Assembly (NCBI RefSeq): GCF_963921235.1
Contig: NC_086097.1
Coordinates: 130,946,001-131,010,000 of the forward strand
Direction: 5' to 3'
DNA from: Mobula hypostoma
Taxonomy: Eukaryota
DNA length: 64,000 bases
Positions 38,041 to 50,109 of the stretch are shown here, piece after piece; position 1 is the stretch's first letter; the number at the start of each line of letters is the position of its first letter. A program made the position numbers and the translations under genes. Under the pieces are notes generated by a model. The model did not search any database. It had not been told where the DNA came from and worked only from the letters and a program-made list of their open reading frames with translations.

Positions 38041-39074
38041 GTAGAAATAATGTATGTACAGTGTAGCATCACTTACAGGAATCGGGAAGACAGTGCAGAG
38101 CACACTGATGATGGTGTGTTAGGCTGAGTCGTCGGAAGCTGGGGTGGTGCAGTGGCCCCCCACCCTCCGGGCCACAGACCAATACCGATCTGCGAAGCAT
38201 GCAGGGGTACAGCGGTGGCCGGAAGGCACACAGCACATCTTTAAGAAAAAGGCTGAAATAAACATGCTAATTAATTTGGTGCCGCCGTGAATCGGTATCT
38301 GTCGGCGGCCTGTGGGTTGGGGTGGTGGGACACTGGGGTGTCATCTCATCGTCGTCTGTTTCCACTAGGGCAGGCAGCTCATCTTCTCCTATGACTGCCC
38401 GCCTCGATGTCGAAGGTCGAGGTTCGTTGTCTGCTGTGGCTGATGTGGAAGGCTTGAGAAATGACAGTATGCTTGACTGCTGAGCCACGCGCATTTTTAG
38501 CTCATACAGTTCTTTGTAAGCACTCAAACCATCCTGCAAATATGCCCTAAACTGACGTACCCTTTCAAAATTAAAGTCGTACTTTATCATTGCAGCGAAA
38601 ATCTCACGCAGTTGCTTCACTTTCTGCATTCGGTTTCGATTGTTATCCTTTCCTCTTCCAATTGCATCAGCTCTTCATCTATCACTTCTGGTCATGGGAT
38701 GCCAAAACCTCTTCAACATCATCTTCGTCAACTTCCACAAGCCAAACTCACTTTGTCCTTACTTCGTTCACCACGATCGAAACGCTTAATTATGTCTAGT
38801 TTTACGCTAAGTATAACACCCTTACGAGCTCTTTTAGGCTTTTCCAATACCTTAGAACTCATCTTGCTAACGGCTGCTCACAGGCACATGTTTAAGCAAT
38901 GCCGGCAAGAATGCCGTTCCAAATCCAGGGGAGAAGCTTGGCTGCTCGGGGGGCGCGCTGCCTTTTTTCGTAACAGTGAAAAAACCTTCTGTTAGTGAAA
39001 ACAGGGAACTAATGTAGGTCTTTCATAACAGTGAGGTTTCGTAAAGCGAACGTTCGAAAAGCAAGGGACACCTG
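38041..39074 (-). mobile_element. Second, truncated copy of the Tigger-like element at 26983-28523
   Basis: Reverse complement aligns with about 26983-28130. TIR ...cgaaaagcaagggacacctg is followed by TA; the other terminus is missing. Confidence 0.88.
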
Positions 39075-39700
39075 TAAAACCCATCACTGGAAAAAATGCA
39101 GCAACGTATGGAGTATTTTGATATGTATCCTTTTGCCCCCAAATTTTTAATTTACATCTTTAGTTTGTGCACTTCTTTCATGCAAAGTTATTTTTAATAA
39201 CTTTGGCATGCTTGCCTCCTTTGTATTTACCACACTGCCTTTTTATTACAACCTCATGTACACTTCCGTACATTATGAAAATTTCATTACCATGCCAAGT
39301 AGTAAAATACACCAATAACTTTATGCAACATCACAGCAGAAGTATCTGATTCTCCTCCATTCTTGAGGATAAAGATGACTGTCATTTGCCTCCATGACAG
39401 TTTAACACATTCAAAGACAAATATAAAAAGGTATGGATATTACTGAACATAGGGGACTCCTCTGATCATACCACTGATACTTTCCAATCACCTGTAGCAG
39501 ATGTAGCATTGATGGAATTACCAATGTACTTTTAGATGCAATTATAAACAATTTTTACAAAAAGTCTTTCTCTCTTTTTCGTATTAGTCAATTGTATTTA
39601 ATAGTGAACAGTGCTGCAGGAAGCATAATAAGGCTTTAGTAAAACAATAGTAATTACTTATTAATATGCAAGTCATTGCAGTAAATGCATAAATACACAC

Positions 39701-39759
39701 CTTCTCAACTATGATCAGATCTCCCACCTGGATGTCAGAGCTCTTCACCTGCACTTTAC
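39701..39759 (-). CDS. ATP9B: ATP9B coding exon (59 bp; actuator domain)
   Basis: cag|GT AAA...GAG AAG|gtgtgt. Translates (G)KVQVKSSDIQVGDLIIVEK. Confidence 0.96.
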
Positions 39760-41913
39760 CTGTATATAAAATCAAGTAGTATTTAATCACATTTATTGAA
39801 CCAACATAAAACATTTTATACAATTAAGATGCAGCTTTAATTTTGGTCTGATTATCTGTAAAACATACAAGGTTCTGTTCTCAGACACCTTGTTTTTGAA
39901 GGTTTTGTTGTATATACCTTTGAACTGAGCAAGAAGTATCATCTTATTGTAAGATACAAGATCCTGTGAGGAAATGACGGTAAATATCAAGGGTCAGAGT
40001 AACAAGATAGTGATGAGAGCACTCACTTAAAATGGAGATGTTTGGGACTTTTGGCAGGTGGTGAATCCCAGGATTTCACCATCCTGAAATATTTTTTTTA
40101 AAGTACATACATCTTTGTAAGATAAGGGAATTGCGAGCTTATGGAGAGCTGGCCAGCACAGGAAATGAGACAAACACTGGGGCAGATCAGTCATTAACAT
40201 ATTGAGACACATAACAGGTTTGTGGACTGAGTACCCTATTCCTACTTCAATTATGTTCTAATGTTAATGTTATCAATGATTACTAAGGACAATGCTTCCA
40301 ATTAAGAGGACAACGTATTCATATCAAAGTAAACCAATTTCTATTGACGATCATGACAGTTTGAAAACTTCAGTTGATCAATATCATGCATAAATGTTTT
40401 AAAAAGTTATTTGAGTTGTTTTCAGAATATAGCAGCAGTTCAACAGTTAATTAATTAAAGAACACGTCTGAGAATAATATAAATTGCACAATACCTCCTA
40501 ACCTTTTTTAACATTTTAAACTGAATAGAACATCTTAATCACTTCATAATTTATAGAAACCAGATTACAAATGGTGATGTACATACATCATGTATACCTA
40601 ATGTAAATGGTAGAAACTTTATAACCATATTAAATTTCTGTTCATTCAATAGCTGTTCATTAAGATTTATCTTGTCCTTCTGCATGCCAGAACAGACTGA
40701 TTGTGTGCAAATTTCATTAAATCTGCTTGGAATATATATGTTTATGAGTAGAAATTCATCCTGTTTACTGTTCTGTGGTTATTTTAATAGCTTCCTAAGG
40801 TTTATTTTTCAATTCACTAAACCATGCATCTAATCCTGTAGGTCTAACTGCAATTATAAAACTGGGCACAAGGCCACAGGAAACTAATGGGAAACTGCAT
40901 GGATAAAACTCTTGCTCCTTAGGTCATATCAGATATAGCCATTTAATACCCATTTATGGAATTCAGGAAGTAATTCCCACAGAAACTACTACTTTCCATT
41001 TCTTGTTACAGATTTCACACTAGTCCTCTGCAATTTAGATTTCACCGCAGAATTTTTAAACTGCAAATTACTACACAAGAACAAATTCAATTTTCTGGTT
41101 TTAAATACCCAAGTGCATTAACCTTCATGTCTGCAAAGAAGTCACGTCAAGGTCTTGACTCTTTGAACCACACTTATTTTAAATTGGTCATAAATCTTGA
41201 TACCTTCAAGAAAATAATTAGACTTTCAGAACAGTTTTATCATATCAATTCCAACACACAATAAGATGAGGTATCTGCACTATTTCACTGCTCTTTTTTT
41301 TTCATTTTAATTGCTTACCTGCCCTCTTTATTAATTCCTTTAGTCAAACCTTTTAATGCCTTATTTACCAATTAAACAAGGGAAAATGCAATCGCAAGGC
41401 ATATTTTTAGTTATGTCACCTTTGCAATAAATTGTAGTTTAATTCAAAGGTGAAAGGTATTTCCAAACAAGTAAACATTATGCCAGATCAAATTTATATC
41501 CAACTTTGAAGAATCAAAATTCATTGGAGCACAAAATAATTCATTTTGATTCCGCAGAACATCAACAGGAAAAGCGTAATAACACCATTCAGCAAGTGAA
41601 AACCAAAGATACCACAGTAAATAATGCCTTTCTGAAATATCTCAGTAAACTTGGCACATTAACTGTAATTCTAATGCTATGCACTGGATTAATTTCAGCT
41701 ATCATTTTTACTGTGGCAAAAACATTTTCCTTCATTATCTGCTGAGTTTTCTCTTGTACAGATGTTATTATTTCAGAGAAAAGGGGAAATACCTCAAAGT
41801 GGCAGTATGTTAACAAAAAAAAATGATTAACAAGGCGAAACCTAACCAAAATTGGAAACTACTTGCTCAACCACTTAAATTTTATTCCTGAATTCTTGGT
41901 GGAGTTTTCTAAC

Positions 41914-42022
41914 CTCGTATGGTAAGCTTGCTGTACATCTGTGAATTCATCTCCTCATCCCGTTGATAGCGATGGAATTCATCTAATGCTTCTCGAACCA
42001 TTGTCACTGCCATCACAAAACC
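41914..42022 (-). CDS. ATP9B: ATP9B coding exon (109 bp)
   Basis: tttttgag|GGT TTT...CGA G|gttag. Translates [36 protein letters not shown](G). Not in the ORF track; found by manual translation. Confidence 0.95.
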
Positions 42023-43248
42023 CTCAAAAACAATAGAAATTGATTAAAATCAAGTTATTAATGTTTAAGATGTGAACTGGCAACATATTTCAGTCACAAA
42101 ACAATTGAAAAATTCTGATTCCAGCTGAAAAATTATTTGATCTTTTTTGTGTTTTCTCAAATCATAAAGAGATTCACCAAAAGAGAATAACTTATCAGCA
42201 TGACAAGTGTTTATTGCTTAAAATTTGCATAAGTCCAACTCTTTACCAAAATAGTTAATTTACATTCTGTCTCACACTGAAATAGTTATTTTTCTGATTC
42301 TTGGGTATACAGGTACAGATAGAAATATTTTTGCCCCAGCTATCGGGGCTCAATGACCATTGAGTAAACTAGTGAGAGCTATATGTTTTAGGTGACAGCC
42401 TGAAATAATAGCCAGACCAAAATTTAAACAGTAGCTTCAAGCTCAAACCAGAACCCATAAGGAAAATTGTTACAAAACATTTTATTCAACCACTCTTAAT
42501 TTCACCTAATGTCACCAAGTAGATCACTTAGGAAATAGCATGGAACAGCAGTATGTAAAATATGCCCTCACCCTTAGTGGGGAAGTGTCTGGATAGTTGC
42601 TTCAGGATGCTGGGAATTTTCAAAGCCAGTATCTGGATCATTCAGTGAAGTTTACAAAATTTATCGTACAATCAATCTAAGAATGGTTTTGGCCGCTGCA
42701 AGCATTTTAGTACACAAGTTGTAGAACTTTATGAAAAGGGAGGTTGCTGGTGGACTGTCACACAAGGAGAATGATACAAGTAAGATAGCATTGTAATTTT
42801 GCTCAGAAACTATTAATTCAAAGGTGTACACCACCAGCCCAAAGATCCCAACTGCAGTAGGGTAATTTAAGTAAATGTCCAACAAGCTCATTATGTTCTT
42901 GACCAGGAAATTTTACCTACTCTTGTCTACGTATTTCCAAGCTCACTGAAATATGGTTGGTTCTTAACCACCTTCTGAAACTGGATCTAATTTGAAGGGC
43001 AATTAGATAGCAAATGCTGACACAGCAAAACCAACTGCATCCAGCGAATAACTAGCATCACGACCTTAAGTCTTCTGAATTTAAACATCACACATAACTG
43101 TGAGTTGTGAAATAAAAATCAAAACGCTGGAAATTCTCAGCAGATCGAACAGCCTTTGCAGAGAGTTATTATTGACACTTTACCCCTATCCACAAATGCT
43201 GCAATACAGGGAGCATTTACAAATACATTGCTTTCATTTTGAATTTCA

Positions 43249-44133
43249 TTCCGGTTTAAACTGGCGCTGGTGAAACACAGCGACAACTTGCTGGCAGCAA
43301 ACAAAACTACCTACTTTATTAATTACACTTTTTCCTGGTAAATGCTCACCACAATCAATAGGCTGTAGCTTCACTTTCAGAGTTGAGCTTTTGAACCACC
43401 TGTGTGACCTGGCATTTTTGCGGCATGAACTGAAGTCTCAGAAGTGCAAGACTATTGTGGCATGGTGTATACACACCAAGTTAGGGGGTAGGGCCAGGGC
43501 CCAGGCCTGAAAGCAGGGAATAAACTAATGCTTGGCTATCGCTGAAGGGGACTTGGAGCCAATTTGAAGCAGTAGAACTAAGGTAAGGTAGAGTCGAGGT
43601 GGTGGAGCCCAGGCCCAAGAGTGAGGTACAAGCCAATCTTTGACAGATTTAACCACTAAGCCAGATTGGAAACTCGGGTAAGGCCAAATCAAGGCAGCAG
43701 GTCCCAGGCCCTAGATCATATCCAAGTGGCAGGGCCTGGGTAGGAGTCCAAGAGAGAGGAACAACACACTGTTAGGTTGATTTAAGCACTGGGCCAGACT
43801 GAAAAGCTCAGAGTGTCGGGAACTGAGGAGAGGGTTCAGCTGTCTGCTCATGAGGTTTACACGTCTCTGTGCTGAACTGAGGTTGTGGCCTGCAAGTACA
43901 AGGGTACTGAATTGGCTGTGCCTGGAATTGTGGCTGCGGACTCATTAACTTCAGTTCTGAATTTTATTTGATTGCTTTTACTGTTTGCATGATTAGATTT
44001 TTTTTCTGCACACTGAGTATTTGATGGTACTTTTTAATGGTTTCTGTTGGGTTTCTTTGTTTTGTGGCTGCCTGTAAGGAGACAAATCTCAGGGTTGTAT
44101 GCAGTATAAATACTTTGAACATTTGAACTTTGA
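43249..44133 (+). mobile_element. Non-autonomous retroelement with internal degenerate tandem repeats and a Rex1-like tail
   Basis: Starts ttccggtttaaactggcg; repeated cccaggcc...gattta.cact..gccaga units; ends aatctcagggttgtat...ttgaactttgaa. Confidence 0.55.
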
Positions 44134-44154
44134 AAAAAAATCCAGGATAGAGCA

Positions 44155-45385
44155 CTATTTTCACCTCGCTAACAATCAACACTGGTGCACCTCAGGGATG
44201 TGTGCTTAGCCCACTGCTCTACCCTCTCTAGACCCATGACTGTGTGGCTAAGCGGAGCTCAAATACCATCTATAAATTTGCTGATGATACAACCACTGTT
44301 GGCAGAATCTCAGATTGTGACGAGAGGGTGTACGTGAGCAAGACATACCAGCTAGTTGAGTGATATCATAGCAAAACCCCTGCACTCAATGCAAGACCAA
44401 AAAGCTGATTGTGGACTTCAGAGAGGGTAGAACAAGGGAACACAAACCAATCCTCAAAGGCAGTGGTCCCCAACCATCGCGTCACGAGCATTTGCTACCA
44501 GCCGCGTGAAAACTATATGATTTGGCGATATGAAACGATATGAGTCAATTGCACCTTTCCTCATTCCCTGTCACGCACTGTTGAACTTCAACACCCCACC
44601 CCCACCCCCGTCGGCCGGTCCGCAAGAATATTGTCAAATATTAAACCGGTCCGCGGTGCGCAAAAGGTTGGGGACCCCTGCTCAAAGGGATCAAAAGTGG
44701 AGAGAGTGAGCAATTTTAAGTTCCTGGTTGTCAATACCTCCAAGGACCTAACCTGGACACAACATATTGATGCAGTTATAAAGAAGGCAAGACAGCAGCT
44801 ATATTTCATTAGGAGTTTGAAAGGATCTGGTTTGTCACATAAAACGCTCAAAAACTTATACAGATATACCATGAAGAGCATTCTGATTGGCTGCATCACC
44901 ATCAGGTATTGGAGGGGTGAAGCTACTGTACAGAATTGAAGGAAGTTGTAGAAAATTGTAAAAATTAATCAGTTTCATCATGGGTACCAGCCTCCATGGT
45001 ATCCAAGACATCATCAAGAAGCAGTGCCTTAGAAAGGCACCGTACGTTATTAAGGATCCCCATCACCCAGGACATGTTCCCTTCTCACTGTTACCATCAG
45101 GAAGAAGGTACAGAAGCCTGAAGGCACACACTCAGCAATCCAGGAACAGCTTCTGCCCCACTGCCATCTGATTTCTTAATGGATATTGAACCCATGAACA
45201 CTATCTCAGTACTTTTTATTTATTTCTGTTTTTCACTACTTATTTTAACTTCATGATTTAATATACATATACATTTACTGTAATTCAGTATTTTTTCTAT
45301 ATTTATCATGTATTGCAGTGTACTGCTGCTGCAAAGTTAACAAATTTCACAACACATGCTGGTGATATTAAACCTGATTCTGATT
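44155..45385 (+). mobile_element. Rex1/Babar-type LINE 3' part
   Basis: [14 protein letters not shown] and KFADD at 44178-44290, VERVSNFKFL, KKARQQLYFIR, LLPSGRRYRSL; ends in a ctgattctga tail. Confidence 0.88.
44461..44680. mobile_element. hAT (Charlie/MER1-like) MITE, 220 bp
   Basis: TIRs CAGTGGTCCCCAACC / GGTTGGGGACCCCTG; perfect 8-bp TSD CTCAAAGG (44453-60, 44681-88). Confidence 0.93.
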
Positions 45386-46972
45386 TCCAAGAGTAGACCA
45401 TCAAAGACCCCATGAACACTGTTGCAACAGGACATTAATCAATGAAAGCACATATTCAATAATGTTAGTGTGGAGGGATTCCAACTCTTCTTTGGGCTGT
45501 CAATCTGCATCAATGGATTACAAGTCTCTGAGTAAATGCAATACAATGCAAATACCACAAATTTCTATCTCTCTGCCACAGACTCTTGCCAAGCTATAAC
45601 TGTTTGCTTCAACTATAGACAGCTAGCTTGTGGTCCATACACTGATTGCTGGATTTAGTTGTTACTCTGTGTCAACATTATTCTGATTGCCCTTGAAATG
45701 AGTTGCAGTTTCAGGTGGTGGTTAAGAGTCAATCTTACTGCAATGGGCCTGGAGCAAGAGTAGGTAAGACTTCCTGCTCTTAAAAACATGACCTACCGAA
45801 CAGGGGTTGGGGGGGGGGGGCATATTGGCATATTGGTCTTCATTTGGTGAGAAATGCCAAAAAGGTAAAAGCACTTTTTAAAAGAAGATAGCCACAACAT
45901 TCCCCCCTAAAGGCTCCGATTAAAAGGAATATGCTCTTGGATTAGTAAGCATACAACTTTTCAGAGGAAGCAGCTGAGCCAAAGAAATTAATTTTAAGAT
46001 TTTTGAAATGGTCATAAACTTTCAAATGCCCCTTTCAGCTGAATACTCTGTACATCATTTAAACACAAGACGTTACATAATGTAATCTTCTTGACTGTGT
46101 TAAAGGTCAATTTCTGGAGTTTTGAATGAAAGGATATACATGTAAGCTTTTTCTCACTACAATAAACTAGTTAGTCTACAGGCAAGGATCTGCTTTCCTC
46201 GACAATTGAAGATTAGTATAATAATTGATTTGAACTCTGCCCAAAGAGTGTTCTATTACTATGGTATTATACTATTAAATTTCTCCAATACAATTTTTCC
46301 CCAACAGTCCAAATGAAAAATGTTTAAAAAAATATGGTATTGATGTGTAGTTTCAAAGTCAGCTATGTATTTCTCTTCATACTTGTAAATAGCTAATGAC
46401 TTGAAAAATGTACGTCTTTTCTTTCACAGTACTCATACTCCTTTAGCTCTTAACATAACTATATCTGGTAGTATTTAGCACGCATTCAGACAAGGCAAGT
46501 ATATAATTTAAATACAAGTGAGATTAAATTTGGTCTGAATCAATGTAATCCAAACCAAATTTGCTCTTCAGTGCAAACAGGATATTTGATGACTACTGAA
46601 CTTCTGCACTACTGAACATTTTATTGAAGGTTGTTCAATGTACAAACATTAATAGTATTGAATCTAGATTTAAGCTTGCTTGCAAAATATATTCCACGAT
46701 AAGTTTAAATCTCATCACATATTGTGAAAAAATAGCCAAAACTATGTACTGTTTAAGACAGTAGTTCCCTCACATTTCTGATTGCCTTCACATCAAATTG
46801 TTTATATGGGATATGCTAAAATGTTCTTAAAATGTGCAAAATTTCTTTACCCATTAAAAGCAATTGAAAACTACCAGTTCTACAAACAAATTTAATTTAA
46901 AAAATTTTCTTTTATATACAAAAGGGTAACATCTTAAAACATTCCAGAAGGGTAGATATAAATTTTACTTAC

Positions 46973-47086
46973 CAAAGGAGCCCAGTATGTATACAGGTAG
47001 CCAATCTTCAATGATGGGACAAACTGTGAACATGATACCACCAGAAAATAAAGATTCAAGAAAAACTTGAATTGTTGATATAATAC
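46973..47086 (-). CDS. ATP9B: ATP9B coding exon (114 bp; TM1-TM2 region)
   Basis: cag|...|gtaagt. Translates [38 protein letters not shown], phase 0/0, in frame with neighbouring exons. Confidence 0.97.
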
Positions 47087-47235
47087 CTGAAAAATAACAT
47101 TATCAGAATTAGACCTCAATTTCTTTTCATATTAACATACCAGGCTCTTCAACCGGCAGAGTTATGAATGCTTTGTTAAAAGAAATGCTGAGAAGTCATA
47201 GGGAGAATGTTCAGAAATAAACAGAGAATAAACTT

Positions 47236-47962
47236 ACGGTGTCTCAGGCCGAGGCCCTTCATCAGAGCTGGAAAGAAAGGGGGTAGAAGCCAGAAAAAGA
47301 AGATGAAGGGAGGGGAAGCAGTACAAGTTGGCAGGTAATAGGTGAAACCAGCTTAGGAGGAAGGAGGGTAGGCGGGGGTGAATGAAATTAGGAGCTGGGA
47401 CATGATGGGTAAAAAAGAATGATTTTAAGAATTGACCGTGGACCACGGAAGAAAGGGAAGAAGGGTATCAGTGGGAGGTGTTGGGCAAGTGAGAAGAGAA
47501 AGGGTGAGAGGGTAACCAGAATGGGGAACGGAAAAAGAGAGGAGAGAAGGGGAAATTACTGGAAGCTGGGAGAAGTACATGCTTATGCCTCCAAATTGGA
47601 GGCTACCCAGACAGAACATGAGTTTGTTGTTCCTCACGACAGTAGAGAACAGACAGTCAGATTGGGAACGGGAAGTCAAATTGAAATGGGTGGCCACCAG
47701 GAGATCTTGCCTTTTGTGGCAGACTGAGCAAAGGTACTCAACGAAGCACACCTCCCATCTATATGGTGTCTCATTGATGCAGAGGCCACACCTGGAGTGC
47801 TGGATACAATGGATGACCCCGACAGACTCGCAGGTGAAGTGTCATCTCATCTGGGAGGACTATTTGGGGCCCTGACGAAGGTGTGTGGAGCAGGTGTGGC
47901 ACGTCATGCTTGCAGGGAAAAATGTCAGGAGGGAGATCAATACGGAGTGACGAATGGACAAT
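47236..47962 (-). mobile_element. Penelope-like element 3' fragment (GIY-YIG remnant, polypyrimidine UTR, broken hammerhead)
   Basis: Aligns with 61930-62790. Minus strand encodes FTCES...C..CGL.I-like and VATHFN motifs and ends CTGATGAAGGGCCTCGGCCTGAGAC. Confidence 0.8.
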
Positions 47963-48719
47963 AAAGTCACAGTTGTTTGCTATGTCTTTAATAATTATTA
48001 TATCACTGCAAAGGTATGTGTTATAATTAAGACTCATGCAGCAAAATTAAAGGCAAATAATGTTTAATTCCAGAAAGTTCTCCAAAATTAACAAGCTAGA
48101 CAGTGAGATGCTAGGTGTGTGAAGGGGCACAAATTGACCAAATCCTGATGATTCACCACTCAAGGAAAAAAGCCTTCACCCAAAGGTGTCCCGATAGTTT
48201 CAAACCAAAATGTCAACTGATCTTTTCCTCCTATAGACACTGCTTGAACCACTGAGTTCTTCCAGCAGATTCTTTGTTTATTCAAAGAATTTGCTGGTCA
48301 CTGACACATTAATAAATGAATATCACTAACATCTTATTAATTTCCCCAGAAGACTCTGGCTCACTGTTTAAGGTTAATAACTTATCAATTGTTGTAAGGA
48401 ATGATATGTAAAGCTGAGGAGATCTATTCAGTGGAAAATGATCCAAAGCTCTGGATCCAGACAAACAAAACTCGGCCATAACAGACTACTGAAATATTGG
48501 CAATTTGTCTTTAGTCATTGACCATATGAAATAATTTGTGCTCATTTGAATCAACATCAATCTAGCTATTGCTTAAAAGAATATTGGTCAAGTTATAATA
48601 AAAGTAATGCATTTCACAGAATGCAGTCCTTCCTCTTTTATACTGTATCTGATCCACTGATGGATGTAAGCTGTTGGCTGTACTTCCGTTATGTATGGCA
48701 TTAAGGAATAGTATTTTCT

Positions 48720-48935
48720 AGTGACACAAGAGACTGCACATGCTAGAATATGGGGTATAAAAATTAAGCTACTGGAGGAACTCAGGGAGTCAAGCAGCAT
48801 CTGTGAAAGGAAAAAGTCAATGTTTCAAGTTCGAACACTTCATTTCATTCAGATAAAGGATACCGTCCCAAAATGTTGACACTATTCTCCTCCACAGATG
48901 CTGCAAGAACTCCCACCACCTGCCCCACTGAGTTC
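48720..48935. mobile_element. Decayed inverted Penelope-like terminal remnant
   Basis: ctggaggaactcagggagtcaagcagcatctgtg is mirrored by ccacagatgctgc...ctgagttcct. Confidence 0.6.
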
Positions 48936-50109
48936 CTATTCTAACTGATTTCTTTTGCAACAGCAGTTTCTATTGTTTTAGTGAAAATAAAGTAAAATTT
49001 AAATGAATACAATAAACTGATATGGCTACATGTGCAGGCTTTTCAGTTTTAACTACAATTTCATCCTAACAGGTACTATGCTCTTTTAGGTTGGTAGTAT
49101 AATTTTCAGAGATAATCTCAAAAAGCTGCCATTGTTTCCCTGATGTTTCAGAGACGCTCCCCCTATAAAAGCATGCAATTATTTTTTCAACTTTGCCGAC
49201 AACTTAAATGTGTGCTTGTGCTACATCCTATACCAATACTCATCAAAAATCTGCACACAGCCGGGTTTTTCTTCTAAATTCATTTCCAAACTTACTGCTT
49301 TAATGCCTGTTCTAGATGCTAACAGCACTTCCTAGCTAAAAGCAGGAAGCTCACAATGGCTATGCAGCTGAAAGGTTATATCCAGTAGGAAAGACTGAAC
49401 TATCTGGGAAATGGAAACGATCCCGAAGGAAAACAAAAAAATGCAGGGATACAAGAGGAAGATTGGGGAATAACATTTGCTGGACTGTTCTTGCATTGAC
49501 GTGACAGACAAGAAATGAGTGCCTCCTCCACTGCAGCCTGAGATTGTGTCTTGGTTAACCTGATATGCTAAGTTTATGAAAAGGTTTGATAACATGAGCG
49601 ATCCAGGTGTTCAAAGTGGTTAAAAATAATGCTAATAAATACAGCAGGAAATTCAAAAGGAGCTTTTTTTTAAACTCAGGGCTAAAAGATAACATGAAAA
49701 TTTGTTATCATGTGGTGTGGCTAAGGAAAGAATGGTTATTATATATTAATGATGCGGAAGGCCTTCTGCTGAACCTATTGAGGAATGGCAGGAGAGAGAC
49801 TTGTGAAACATTCACATATTTACTACCTGCACAAAATAGCCAATTTTGATGCAATACCTTGTATAGAGTTCAATGTAACAATGAGTAAGCATGGAAACAG
49901 TTGGACTGCCATCAGGCCAGCTTCAATGGAAAACATATTAAATTTTGTTTTGCAATAAAATTACATTAAAATCATCATTGCAGGTTAAGGATTTTGTCCC
50001 TCAACCTCAGAATCATACCACACCCTCAAGTGATTTGCCTGGTTATCAATGAAGGATGCTCAACAGTTATGGCAGGGCTTGAATACTATCACCACCTATA
50101 AAATTAAAT

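Noticed and set aside
40600..40900. Other homeobox-motif-rich unique stretches (also about 4200-4480, 14200-14280, 59150-59240) as conserved elements
   Set aside because: ATTA/TAAT motifs are expected by chance in AT-rich DNA and cannot be supported without alignments.
45660..45800. Possible ancient SINE/L2-type remnant (also about 42900-43050)
   Set aside because: Only short degenerate motifs; too weak to call without a profile search.
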